A program made the translations under genes and the position numbers. A stretch of DNA of 64,000 nt, taken from an uncultured Anaerolineae bacterium. Its GTDB lineage: Bacteria; Chloroflexota; Anaerolineae; Anaerolineales; Villigracilaceae. Under the pieces are notes generated by a model. The model was not told the DNA's origin. It was given only the letters and a program-made list of their open reading frames with translations, and ran no database searches. Positions 39,167 to 49,038 of this stretch are shown piece after piece. Numbering within the stretch: the first letter of the stretch is position 1; each line of letters begins with the position of its first letter. The stretch is taken from the NCBI GenBank assembly GCA_937120535.1, contig CAKZJX010000022.1, positions 9,895 to 73,894 on the forward strand, in the 5' to 3' direction.

Positions 39167-40621
39167 TCAAGGAAAAGAGACGAACCGCAACAAGAGATAA
39201 GGGGTGAGATAGCTCTCCACCAATGCCGCGATCAGCAGCAGCGGGATAACCACTCCTATCATCACTCGCATCCAATCTGCCACGACGTCCAAAAGCACTT
39301 CGCCGATCGTACGCTGAGCTTGAGGCGTCACCAACACAATGCCAGCACGGAGCAAGATGGCACATGACAAAATCAAAGCCGGTAGCTCGAATATCCCATG
39401 GGGCAAGATGCCGGCTAAAGCGATTGGCAGCGGAGAATAGCCAAGCAAGTTAAAAATGCCCAACACAACCCCTATCACGCTTGTATTGAGCATATACAAC
39501 ACCACATTCAACACGCCAAACGAAAACAAACCGAAGAACGCTGCAATGAGAACAGCGCGCAGATTATGGAAAAACAAAAACCACGGATGTAAGTAGAACG
39601 GTTCTTCTATTCCACTTGCACTCAAAAAACTTCCACGAAGCCGCTCGATTCGTTCCATTCGACTCTCCGGCAACAATAAGGTGACATGGTCGCTCAATTC
39701 TTGTTGCGCCCACAGGTACGACGCCACAATCGACACCACGGACAACAAAGCGAGCATCAGCACCAAATAGGCAGCCTTCTTAAGAGACTCAGCAACCAAG
39801 ATACGATACCATTCGATGACCGAACACGTCTCTCCCTTGAAATACTTCCAGAACGTACGCGCCAACCACGACACATGGAGCATATCGATCTCGCGCCCCA
39901 ACAGATACTCCCGCTGGAAGTGGGCGAGACCTAAGCGGACGATCAAGGCGGCCATGACCAACACCGCCAGCACGCCTAGCCAGATCACATCCTCGTTTCC
40001 CCAAAACAGGAGGAAGGTCTCCCCTTGCATCAAGATCGCCACCGGTATCACGATAAACGACGCCAGCAGGTTGGCTCCCTTGATAGACGTGGACTGCGTG
40101 GAGATCACAATTGCCGCACTCACCATCAGCACGGCGTGCGAAACGGTCAATAAAAGCAATTGCACAATTGTCAGGATTGAAGGCATGACCATGCGTTGAT
40201 AAGCGATCAACACAATATAGATCAAAATCGAGAGAAAACTAGACGTCAGCGGCAGGAGGGTGCTGACGATGAGCTTGCCTAGGTACAACTGCCAATCTTC
40301 CAGGGGTGTGCTTAGCAACGGCTCAATCGTTCCGCGTTCCTTTTCACCTACAAACGACTCCAAGGCCGCCAACAACGAAGTGGTCAAAGGAAAGAAACCA
40401 ATTATCAAGATCGAGATCGGCACCAACCGCTCTACGACCAAATTCGCCCCATAGCGATTGACAAAGTTCACCGCCACAAACGTAAACCCGTTCATCAAAA
40501 AGGGAAAGCCGACCGTTAAGATAAGCGACGGCAACAGCATGCGCCAATCGCGCAAATAATCCCGCAATTCGCGCTGGACGATCAGCCAAACTGGATTAAG
40601 TGCCGCCTGAATTCTCGTCAT
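39167..40621 (-). CDS. ABC-2-type permease fused to a SpoIIM-like domain
   Basis: N-terminal ESFVGEKERGTIEPLLSTP; C-terminal LFFHNLR...LPHGIFELPALIL...AALVESYLT; start moved to 40621. Confidence 0.8.
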   Translation of the reverse strand: MTRIQAALNPVWLIVQRELRDYLRDWRMLLPSLILTVGFPFLMNGFTFVAVNFVNRYGANLVVERLVPISILIIGFFPLTTSLLAALESFVGEKERGTIEPLLSTPLEDWQLYLGKLIVSTLLPLTSSFLSILIYIVLIAYQRMVMPSILTIVQLLLLTVSHAVLMVSAAIVISTQSTSIKGANLLASFIVIPVAILMQGETFLLFWGNEDVIWLGVLAVLVMAALIVRLGLAHFQREYLLGREIDMLHVSWLARTFWKYFKGETCSVIEWYRILVAESLKKAAYLVLMLALLSVVSIVASYLWAQQELSDHVTLLLPESRMERIERLRGSFLSASGIEEPFYLHPWFLFFHNLRAVLIAAFFGLFSFGVLNVVLYMLNTSVIGVVLGIFNLLGYSPLPIALAGILPHGIFELPALILSCAILLRAGIVLVTPQAQRTIGEVLLDVVADWMRVMIGVVIPLLLIAALVESYLTPYLLLRFVSFP

Positions 40622-40622
40622 G

Positions 40623-41552
40623 CTATGCATCGCTCTTCTGCACATTTTCCATGACTTTGAGATACACCTGTTCCAACGAACGAGGCACTTCCTGCATCGC
40701 TACCACCGGCGCACGACATGCCACCAACTCCTGTAGGAGTTGTGGATTAACGTAGTGGGGGCGATCCACCCGAAACCGTAAAGAAAGGGGATCGTGATGC
40801 ACCAGGACTGCCCCTGGCGGCGGAGCGAAACCATCCAAGCTCCAAGGATGAGCAAATTGAACCCGATATTCGCGTGGCCCCAAGACCGATTCTTTTAACT
40901 CATCCAAGGTTCCCTGGATCAGGATCCGTCCTCGATGGATGATCGCCACCGTATCGGCCAGCATTTCGGCTTCGATCAGGTTATGGGTGCAGATCACGAT
41001 CGTGCGTTGAGACGATTTTAGGCCAGCGATGTGCTCCCGCACCAGGCGCGCCGACTCGGGATCCATCGCCGAGGTGGGCTCATCCAGCAACAACACCGGC
41101 GGATCGTGGATCAATGCCCGTGCTAAAGCTAGTTTCTGCTTCATCCCCTTGGAATACTCGCCGATCCGACGATCGGCAAAGGCGGTCAATCCAAAGTATT
41201 CTAACAATTGGTCGCGCCGGGCAACGCGTTGCTGGGGATCAAGTCTATAGGCCTTGCCGAAGAAATCTAGATACTCCCTGGCCGTCATGCGCAAATACAG
41301 GCCATGTTGTTCGGTGAGAACGCCGATGAAGGCTCGCACCTGAGACCCTTGGGTAGCTACATCGTATCCATAGACGCGCGCCCAGCCACGCGTAGGGCGT
41401 AGAAGGGCCGTGAGCAGGCGAACGGTAGTCGTCTTACCAGCCCCGTTCTGACCAAGCAACGCCAAAACCTGGCCTGGTCGGACAGTTAACGAGACACCGT
41501 TCACTGCCCAGAAATCATCAAACACTTTACTGAGATCGTACGTTTCAATCAT
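40623..41552 (-). CDS. ABC transporter ATP-binding protein
   Basis: GQNGAGKTT, YSKGMKQK, LLLDEPT, H-loop CTHN. Confidence 0.95.
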   Translation of the reverse strand: MIETYDLSKVFDDFWAVNGVSLTVRPGQVLALLGQNGAGKTTTVRLLTALLRPTRGWARVYGYDVATQGSQVRAFIGVLTEQHGLYLRMTAREYLDFFGKAYRLDPQQRVARRDQLLEYFGLTAFADRRIGEYSKGMKQKLALARALIHDPPVLLLDEPTSAMDPESARLVREHIAGLKSSQRTIVICTHNLIEAEMLADTVAIIHRGRILIQGTLDELKESVLGPREYRVQFAHPWSLDGFAPPPGAVLVHHDPLSLRFRVDRPHYVNPQLLQELVACRAPVVAMQEVPRSLEQVYLKVMENVQKSDA

Positions 41553-41562
41553 GGCGACATCA

Positions 41563-42402
41563 TCAAGCCGTGGGTGCCTCTCGTTTTAGACGATGACGCA
41601 CAAACAAAACTACGCCGGCCCCCAGGGCCACAATGGCCATAAAGGTCTGATTGGCATTAATGCTGCCGATCTGCGATGCATCCAGCCGAAGAAAGTCCAA
41701 CAAAAAGCGCCCGAGAGGATAGGTGATGCAATACGTCAACATGACATCCCCTGGTTTGAGGCGCCCAGCAAAACGCCGCGATAGCCAGAGCAAAAAGGCC
41801 ATGTTGGCAAAATTCCAAATCGATTCGTATAAGAAAAGTGGGTGGAAGTACTCGTATTGTTCAAAACCGCGCACACGATAGGCCGGCTCGATATAGATCT
41901 TCCACGGCAAATCAGTCGGAGCGCCATACAGCTCTTGGTTGAAATAGTTCCCCCAGCGCCCGATGGCCTGCCCCAGCGCCACCGATGGCGCTGCGATGTC
42001 AACCCACTCGGCAAAATTCATTTTGTGCTTGCGGGCATACAGATACAACGCAATCGCACCGCCGATCACAGCGCCGGGAATGCCCAAGCCCCCTTTACGC
42101 AAGTTGATCAAATCCAGAGGATGGGTCAAATAGTAGGCCGTAGTGAAGCCTTGTTCGATCGAAGAGGGTGGCGGTGTAAACACATGCCACAAACGAGCCC
42201 CAATGACTCCGCCAATGATCAAGTAGACCAACAGGTCCCAGACGATTTCCGGATCACCACCGCAGCGTCTTACCTGAAAGGCAGCTAGCCATCCCCCGGC
42301 CACGACGCCCAGCATCAGGATGATGCCATACCAAGCCAGCAAGCGCCAAGGCTCTCCGTCGGCCGGGAAAATGTAAATACCATCAAACAAAAATCGAACC
42401 AT
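41563..42402 (-). CDS. lgt: Prolipoprotein diacylglyceryl transferase
   Basis: WYGII, IGARLWHV, GGLGIPGA, QAIGRWGNYFNQELYG, HPLFLYES; start moved to 42402. Confidence 0.95.
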   Translation of the reverse strand: MVRFLFDGIYIFPADGEPWRLLAWYGIILMLGVVAGGWLAAFQVRRCGGDPEIVWDLLVYLIIGGVIGARLWHVFTPPPSSIEQGFTTAYYLTHPLDLINLRKGGLGIPGAVIGGAIALYLYARKHKMNFAEWVDIAAPSVALGQAIGRWGNYFNQELYGAPTDLPWKIYIEPAYRVRGFEQYEYFHPLFLYESIWNFANMAFLLWLSRRFAGRLKPGDVMLTYCITYPLGRFLLDFLRLDASQIGSINANQTFMAIVALGAGVVLFVRHRLKREAPTA

Positions 42403-42470
42403 GCATCGCTCCTTAAAATAGAATATTATCACCAGATACGGCCCGACAACAGACAAATTTGAAAGTTTGC

Positions 42471-43130
42471 TCAGGAACGCAAGCGACGTTTGGCGTGTGC
42501 TTGGGCACGAACGTGATAGATGCGCTGCAAAGCCGTGAAATTGGCAAAAATGGCAATGATCCAGATAGCAATCACAGGTCGATTTAAGATCAGCAATGGA
42601 GCTAAGACAAGGTAACGCTCCACACGCGTCAGAAAACCGACTTTTGCCTCAAAGCCTACCGATTCAGCACGGGCTTTGACATACGAAACCAACACAGTTC
42701 CAGCCGCTGCAGCAAACGTCGCTACTGCCGAGAGAGCATCGCCGGCCTGGGTGAAATAGACCAACAAGCCGCCCAAGATCAACAGCTCGGAATAGCGATC
42801 GGTAACCGAGTCGACAAAAGCGCCCCATTCATCCGCTTCGCCTCGCAAGCGCGCCATCGCTCCATCTAGGGCATCAAACGGGGTAGAGATCAACATGAAC
42901 AGGCCGCCGGTGACGATCTCGCCGCGCGCTACAAAGTAGGCGCCGATCAGATTGCCCGTCAACCCCAACAAGGTCATGGCGTTCGGCGTCAAGCCGAGGC
43001 GGGTGAGAAAGGCCGCGGTGGGATCGAGAAACCAGCTGAACCAGATACGCAGACGATCGGTGAAGGTAGGTTTGGGAGCAGGAGGTTGAGTGGTCAAAGG
43101 GGTGTCCTCGAGAAAAGAAAGGATTTCCAA
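42471..43130 (-). CDS. CDP-alcohol phosphatidyltransferase (PgsA / PIP-synthase-like)
   Basis: TPNAMT, DALDGAMAR..G....WGAFVDSVTDRYSE, VSYVKARAE. Confidence 0.9.
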   Translation of the reverse strand: MEILSFLEDTPLTTQPPAPKPTFTDRLRIWFSWFLDPTAAFLTRLGLTPNAMTLLGLTGNLIGAYFVARGEIVTGGLFMLISTPFDALDGAMARLRGEADEWGAFVDSVTDRYSELLILGGLLVYFTQAGDALSAVATFAAAAGTVLVSYVKARAESVGFEAKVGFLTRVERYLVLAPLLILNRPVIAIWIIAIFANFTALQRIYHVRAQAHAKRRLRS

Positions 43131-43160
43131 TCAAAAATGAGCCGCTCAGCTAGACGATCC

Positions 43161-45356
43161 TTACTCATCCGGCCGATCTTCCTCGTCCAGATCGATCAGC
43201 ACCTCGCGTTCACGCCCGCCGCCCTGTGATGGTCCAACCACGCCCATTTCTTCCAGCTGATCCAACAGGCGCGCGGCGCGCGGGTAGCCGATGCGTAACC
43301 GTCGCTGCAGCAACGAGGCCGAAGCACGACGCGTCTCTCGCAACACAGCAATCGCCTGTTCGATCAACCCGTCGTCCTCGTCCTCCGATGACTGGGACAG
43401 CAACTTCTCCCAGGGCGCTGACTCCTCGGAATAGGGGACGGTCTTCTGCCAATGAGCGATAATGCGCTCAATCTCCGAGTCGGCCACCCATACCCCCTGG
43501 ACACGGACGGGAGTGCCCACTTCGGGATGGAGGAAGAGCATGTCGCCGCGACCAAGCAGGGTCTCGGCGCCAACAGTGTCCAGGATGACGCGCGAGTCCA
43601 CTCCAGAAGCCACGGCAAAGGCAATACGGGCCGGGAAGTTGGCCTTGATCAGGCCGGTCACCACGTCCGTCGAGGGACGCTGGGTGGCTACCACCAGATG
43701 GATGCCGGTGGCACGGGCCATTTGGGCTAGCCGCACTAGATGATGTTCAGTCACGTCGGGAGCCGACATCATCAAGTCGGCCAACTCGTCAATCATCACG
43801 ACGATGCGCGGTAGCGGGCCAGGGCCACTCCCATCTTTGCGTCGCAGAGCCTTGTGGTTGTAGGACGCTAGATTGCGCGAGTGACTGGCCTCTAGCAGCC
43901 GATAGCGATGTTCCATCTCCAACACCGCCCAACGCAAGACGCCCAAGATGCGCTGGGGGTCGGTTTCCACCTTGCCATACAGGTGTGGCAAGCCGTTGAA
44001 GCGCAAGAGCTCCACCATCTTGGAGTCGATCATCACCAGTCGCAAATCGTCGGGGGTGTTGTTGATCGCCAAACAAGCAGCTATGGCTGTAAGACACACC
44101 GATTTGCCCGAACCGGTAGCGCCGGCAATGAGAAGATGGGGCATGCGAACTAAGTCGGCAACCACTGGTTGTCCAGATACATCTCGCCCCAGGGCAATTG
44201 CTAAAGGGGAGGCCACACGCCGAAAGGCTTCACACTCTAGAAGGGGGCGCAGTCGCACGGTTGAGGTGCGTGAGTTGGGCACTTCGATCCCTACGTAGGG
44301 CTTGCCGGGGACAGGTGCTTCGATGCGCAATCGTTCGGCCGAAAGCGCCAGGGCCAAGTCTTTCTCCAGGGAGGCAATCTGGGCCACGCGCACCTTCATC
44401 AGCTGGGGATCGTCTTCGTTGGAGCCGGGTTTTTTGATAAAGCCCGGTTGCACGGCAAATTGTGTTACCGTTGGGCCGACCCGATAGCCGATCACCTGAG
44501 CTGGAATGCCAAACTCGGCCAGGGTTTTCATAATCAGGCCGGCAGTTTGGTTGATGGTTCGTTCATTGGGGCGAAAGGCCTGCTCAGACGAGAGCAAGCT
44601 GAGCGGCGGCAAGTTCGGGTTGCGCTCTAGGGAGGTAGCAGGTTTCTCTTCTTTTGCCTCAGGCGGACGAAGCGAAGGGCGAAATTCCGGTGGCAGCGAA
44701 GGACGCTTGCGCGGTGGCCGCGGCGCAGGACTCTCTGCGGGCTTAGGTTCTTCTGTCTGGGCATTGGCGGACGCCGAAGAGGAGGGTTGCTCGGCTAAGG
44801 AGCGCAACCGGTGTTCGATCCATGAGCCAGCGCGCACCCCACCGGCGATGAACACCAGCCAGAGCGCCACAAGAACTACTGGGCCGGCCACCTCTCCCAA
44901 CAGCATCTCGAAGAAGCGCGCTAGCCCCCACCCGATGCGGCCACCATCAAGGCCGAGTTCCGCCCGAGTGAGATCCATCCCCCCGAGTTGGGCAAGCAGG
45001 CCGAGGGTCAGAAAGGAAGCGAGTTCGAGCGAGAGGATCTGCCCAAAGGAGGGAGGCCGTTCCGCCCGTCGGAGGAGCAGAATCCCGCTGAGCAGGATTC
45101 CCAGCGTCAAGAAATAACTTCCCCAGCCCAGCCAGAGCCGCAGGAAATGAGCCCACGGGGTGAGCAACATTCCCTGCGTCCACCCGATGAGAGCCAAAAA
45201 GGTCATGACAGCAACCGCCAATAGGGCGATGCCTACCCCATCGCGCACGAAGCGACCCAAGCGGGTGTTGAGCCGATTCAGGAAGTCAAACCAGTCGTCA
45301 GGAGGGGAAGCCTCAGGCGGTCGTTCAGACACGGTTACAGCCATCGGTGGGGACAT
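43161..45356 (-). CDS. ftsK: DNA translocase FtsK/SpoIIIE
   Basis: N-terminal TMs; HLLIAGATGSGKS, IDELADLMM, ATQRPS, gamma domain ASASLLQRRLRIGYPRAARL. Confidence 0.95.
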   Translation of the reverse strand: MSPPMAVTVSERPPEASPPDDWFDFLNRLNTRLGRFVRDGVGIALLAVAVMTFLALIGWTQGMLLTPWAHFLRLWLGWGSYFLTLGILLSGILLLRRAERPPSFGQILSLELASFLTLGLLAQLGGMDLTRAELGLDGGRIGWGLARFFEMLLGEVAGPVVLVALWLVFIAGGVRAGSWIEHRLRSLAEQPSSSASANAQTEEPKPAESPAPRPPRKRPSLPPEFRPSLRPPEAKEEKPATSLERNPNLPPLSLLSSEQAFRPNERTINQTAGLIMKTLAEFGIPAQVIGYRVGPTVTQFAVQPGFIKKPGSNEDDPQLMKVRVAQIASLEKDLALALSAERLRIEAPVPGKPYVGIEVPNSRTSTVRLRPLLECEAFRRVASPLAIALGRDVSGQPVVADLVRMPHLLIAGATGSGKSVCLTAIAACLAINNTPDDLRLVMIDSKMVELLRFNGLPHLYGKVETDPQRILGVLRWAVLEMEHRYRLLEASHSRNLASYNHKALRRKDGSGPGPLPRIVVMIDELADLMMSAPDVTEHHLVRLAQMARATGIHLVVATQRPSTDVVTGLIKANFPARIAFAVASGVDSRVILDTVGAETLLGRGDMLFLHPEVGTPVRVQGVWVADSEIERIIAHWQKTVPYSEESAPWEKLLSQSSEDEDDGLIEQAIAVLRETRRASASLLQRRLRIGYPRAARLLDQLEEMGVVGPSQGGGREREVLIDLDEEDRPDE

Positions 45357-46374
45357 TCAGGCGCAGGCTCAAGCCCATGCGTTGACGCGCTACGTCCACA
45401 TGCAGGATGCGCACTTGCAGACGCTGCCCTTCGTACAACACATCACGCACGCTCTGGCCATCTTTTAGAGGGATTTCTGAGACGTGAATCAAGCCCTCGA
45501 TGCCAATATCTAGACGGGCAAAGGCTCCATAGGAGAGCACCTCGGTGACGGTGGCCAACAGGACTTGATTGAGATGAAATTCACGCCCAAACAACAACCA
45601 GGGATTAGGGAATAGCCGCTTTAGGCTGAGGGCCACCCGACATCGCTCCGGAATGACTTCAAGCACCAGCACGTTTGCTTCTTGACCGAGATGGACGATC
45701 TGGCCGGGATGCATGACGCGTCCCCAGGAAAGTTCGGAAATGTGGATCAGGCCTTCTACTCCACCCAGGTCAACAAACACGCCGAAGTCAGTGATGTTGG
45801 TGACGGTGCCTTTTGCCGTCTGGCCGGGTTCTAAGGTCTCAAAGATCTTCGAGCGGCAGCCGGGCCCGACCTGAGCGGCGCGTTCGGAGAGTACCAGTCG
45901 CCCTTCCTCAGGGATACATTCGATCACCTTGAGGGCTAGGGAGCGACCTAGGTACGCCGAGAGCACTTGTTCTCGATCGGTCGTGTCGTCTCCAGTCAAG
46001 CCCACCAGATGAGAGATCGGGACAAACCCTAGCAGCCCTTTGCCTTCTACCACCAGGCCACCTCGGTTGAAACCAGTAACGTTGAGGCGGATGATTTCGT
46101 CATTGTCAAACAGCCACTTGACGTAGTCCCAATCTACAATCGGGGCGGCATTTTCCAGATGCGAGATTTTTTCGCGTTTTTCGGGCTTGATCAGCCTGTC
46201 GTTCTTGGCCGATCGTTGGCCAGGGAGCTTGGCCGGCGCGGCGCGCGAGGGTTTGGCCGGCAGAGAAGCCGTCCGACTACTGCGTCGCTCCTCTTCGGCG
46301 AGCACGGATTCCCACCATCCTTCGTCCATTGGTGGCGGGGGGTCGTCTTTCATTAGTCTTCGCTGTACCAGCAT
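45325..46374 (-). CDS. S1 RNA-binding protein (three S1 domains, RpsA-like paralog)
   Basis: NRGGLVV..GFVPISHL; FGVFVDLGGVEGLIHISEL; YGAFARL..GIEGLIHVSE. Confidence 0.85.
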   Translation of the reverse strand: MLVQRRLMKDDPPPPMDEGWWESVLAEEERRSSRTASLPAKPSRAAPAKLPGQRSAKNDRLIKPEKREKISHLENAAPIVDWDYVKWLFDNDEIIRLNVTGFNRGGLVVEGKGLLGFVPISHLVGLTGDDTTDREQVLSAYLGRSLALKVIECIPEEGRLVLSERAAQVGPGCRSKIFETLEPGQTAKGTVTNITDFGVFVDLGGVEGLIHISELSWGRVMHPGQIVHLGQEANVLVLEVIPERCRVALSLKRLFPNPWLLFGREFHLNQVLLATVTEVLSYGAFARLDIGIEGLIHVSEIPLKDGQSVRDVLYEGQRLQVRILHVDVARQRMGLSLRLNVPTDGCNRV

Positions 46375-46467
46375 AGCAGCACCTCCTCTACCTCATTTTG
46401 TAAATACACGTATATTAAAAACGAACGGGGTATCTGCCAATATTAGGAATAGGTTCCCTTATTCATT

Positions 46468-48441
46468 TCATTTCTCGGTGAATTGGACTTTGTCAGAGAA
46501 CATTGTCCTCTGACGAGCGCTGGCCAGACGCCGTTCGGTCTCCATTTGCAAGATGACCCGCGCCACAGCTTCTACGGCAATGCGCTGTTTGCGGTATAGG
46601 TCGGCTTCTGACATGGCCAGGCGTGAGGCCACTTCGCGCACCTTACGCCCCTCGATGAATTTCATCTCGAGAATGTTATACAAAATCCATTCACTGGTAA
46701 AGCGGCGTTCGCCCTCTGGGCGCATCTGATCTACGGCTTTGCGCAACAAGGCACGCAGGGCATTGGCCAAATTGCCGTCGTACTCATCGAGCATGTCCTG
46801 CACCACGCGCAGCTTGACCAAGGGATTTTGGGTTAACTTGGGCCCTCCCCAATAGTGACTCAGTGCGTCTTTCACCCAATTGGCCAGGTCGGCTTCGGGA
46901 GGCAGATCTTCTTCCGGTGCGCTCAGGCGGAGATGATCGTAGCGACCCACAGCCCGCAAGCGCTGCACCATCTCCACCCGAGATTGGAGATCCTCGATGG
47001 AGCGAAAGAGCTGTCGTTGTAACTGACGATCTTCCAGGGCCAGGCCGGCCCGCTCCACCAGCAGCCAGAGTGCATCCCGCTGATCCAGGTCAATTTCTTC
47101 TACCTGACGGGCCACCCCCAGAAGACCCAGCAAGAGAGGAATCGCCTCCGCGTCCATATCGCTGCGTCGGCGTTGATGGATGGGTAAGAGCCAGAAATTG
47201 CCCCAGCGGAACTCGCGCCGCAGAGAGGCGCCGTTGGAGCGTTCGATCACCTGCAGGGCATCCGAAAGGGTGTTCTCATCCAACGGGTGGGGATTGCCTG
47301 CGATCACTAGCAGGGACAGTTGATCGCCATCCAGGGCAGCGATAAACGCCGCCGGCGCCTGCATGTGATCCCGCACGGCAGCCAACACACTTTCTAGGAA
47401 TTGTTGCAAGTCGGAACGCGTCAACAAGCGCTCTTCCATGTTCTGCAACAGGATCAATTCGTCGCGGTCGCGGCCAAAGAACAACCAGCGCTCCCAGAAC
47501 GGGGCAACCAGGGTGATGGCATGTTCCATCAGCAAGACCACCGCCACCATCGAAAAGGGCACAAAGGCATTGTACTCTGTGCCAAACAGAACGCCGATCC
47601 GCCGCACGATGGTCATCACACCCAGCGCCAAGGAGGCAGTCACCGGGCCGCGCATCAGCCACTTCATCAAGCGGCTCTTCACCACCCGATCGGACCAGGA
47701 GGCCCCAAAAAACGCCACGGCATACGCCATCACCACGACCAATCCCCCTACCAGGAAATTGATCAGCGTGGCTGCGAGCCAGAAGAGCAAAGGATGCTGA
47801 GCAGCAATCGACGATCCATAAAGCAGGAACGGGTAGGAACCCAGCGCCGGCGCGGCTGCCCCCGTCATCAGATAGACCATGCGCCGCCGGCCCGAACGCG
47901 TCAACATCCGCCGATACGCTCGGAAGAAGTTGACCCACGCCCAGATCATGACCAAGGCGTAGTACAACGTAAACACTTGCGTTCCCAATGTCTGCTGCAA
48001 ATGGGGCGCCGGCTGTCCATTGGGCACCAACGGGCCCACCAGATGCCCACTTGCCAGCAACACCAAGAAGAACACTGCGACCAAATACATCAGGCGCACC
48101 GCAATGCGCCGGCGCCCGCGCGAGGGCCGGCCGGCAGTGACCAGCAGGGCATCGGAAAGATGAAGATAGGCCGCCGGCAAGAAGACCAACCCGATCCATT
48201 GCAACTGCAACAGCCGTTCAATCCCCCAGGCCGGCATCGAACCGGTTTGCAGCGCATCGGTGGTAAACACTACCACCACACACAACAAAATAATGGCAAA
48301 CGATCGAGCGACCCGATCGCGCAGATTAAAAGACAGCGCGTAGAGAAACAGCGAAAAGGCCGTTATCGCTATCCCGGCCGTCAGGATCTGATTAATCGTC
48401 TGAACCCCCACCAAGAAACCGTCGCTCCAACCGCTAAGCAT
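46468..48441 (-). CDS. 7TM sensor (HisKA_7TM-like) with C-terminal HTH and no kinase domain
   Basis: About 8 TM with LQWIGLVFLPAAYLHL; cytoplasmic GAF-like segment; C-terminal LEMKFIEGRKVREVASRLAMSEADLYRKQR. Confidence 0.7.
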   Translation of the reverse strand: MLSGWSDGFLVGVQTINQILTAGIAITAFSLFLYALSFNLRDRVARSFAIILLCVVVVFTTDALQTGSMPAWGIERLLQLQWIGLVFLPAAYLHLSDALLVTAGRPSRGRRRIAVRLMYLVAVFFLVLLASGHLVGPLVPNGQPAPHLQQTLGTQVFTLYYALVMIWAWVNFFRAYRRMLTRSGRRRMVYLMTGAAAPALGSYPFLLYGSSIAAQHPLLFWLAATLINFLVGGLVVVMAYAVAFFGASWSDRVVKSRLMKWLMRGPVTASLALGVMTIVRRIGVLFGTEYNAFVPFSMVAVVLLMEHAITLVAPFWERWLFFGRDRDELILLQNMEERLLTRSDLQQFLESVLAAVRDHMQAPAAFIAALDGDQLSLLVIAGNPHPLDENTLSDALQVIERSNGASLRREFRWGNFWLLPIHQRRRSDMDAEAIPLLLGLLGVARQVEEIDLDQRDALWLLVERAGLALEDRQLQRQLFRSIEDLQSRVEMVQRLRAVGRYDHLRLSAPEEDLPPEADLANWVKDALSHYWGGPKLTQNPLVKLRVVQDMLDEYDGNLANALRALLRKAVDQMRPEGERRFTSEWILYNILEMKFIEGRKVREVASRLAMSEADLYRKQRIAVEAVARVILQMETERRLASARQRTMFSDKVQFTEK

Positions 48442-48500
48442 AGAATCCTTTCAAGAAACAGAGATCATACAGCAGGCCCTCCCAAAAAACGCCTGCCTTC

Positions 48501-49034
48501 CTACCGCAACGTGCATCCGAAAAACAACGTCACATCTTGATTGGCGTAGTAGCGATCATTATACCCGCCGAACTCCAAACCGCCTTTTTGGGCCATGCGG
48601 ATGGCCGGATGATTCTTGGCCTGCACCTCAAAGACGAACATCATAAAACGGCGCTGGCGTGCCCATTCCTGGGCCTCGTTCAGCAACAACAGCCCAAACC
48701 CTCGACGGCGCTTCTCTGGTGCCACCACCAAGTCGGTCACCCAAGCCGTATTACCGGCGTTCAAATCGGCAACGCACACATACCCAAACGGCTCGGAGTC
48801 GGCCATCACCAACATCGCAGCTTTACGCGTCCACTCGTCGGCCAGCGCAAACGGATTGCGCGGATACGGCACCACGATCGGTCGCGGCAAGCGCACCTCG
48901 CGCAACGTTACCGAGACCTGACCGTTCTCTCGGCGAACATCCACCTGCCAAACATACTCGCTGCTCACCGAGTGATCCAACGCCATCAAACGCGGCAAAT
49001 CGGTTGCGACGGCTGGGCGAAGCGATAAACCCAT
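48501..49034 (-). CDS. GNAT-family N-acetyltransferase
   Basis: LVVAPEKRRRGFG AcCoA motif; EVQAKNHPAIR...G.EFGG. Confidence 0.9.
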   Translation of the reverse strand: MGLSLRPAVATDLPRLMALDHSVSSEYVWQVDVRRENGQVSVTLREVRLPRPIVVPYPRNPFALADEWTRKAAMLVMADSEPFGYVCVADLNAGNTAWVTDLVVAPEKRRRGFGLLLLNEAQEWARQRRFMMFVFEVQAKNHPAIRMAQKGGLEFGGYNDRYYANQDVTLFFGCTLR

Positions 49035-49038
49035 ACCC

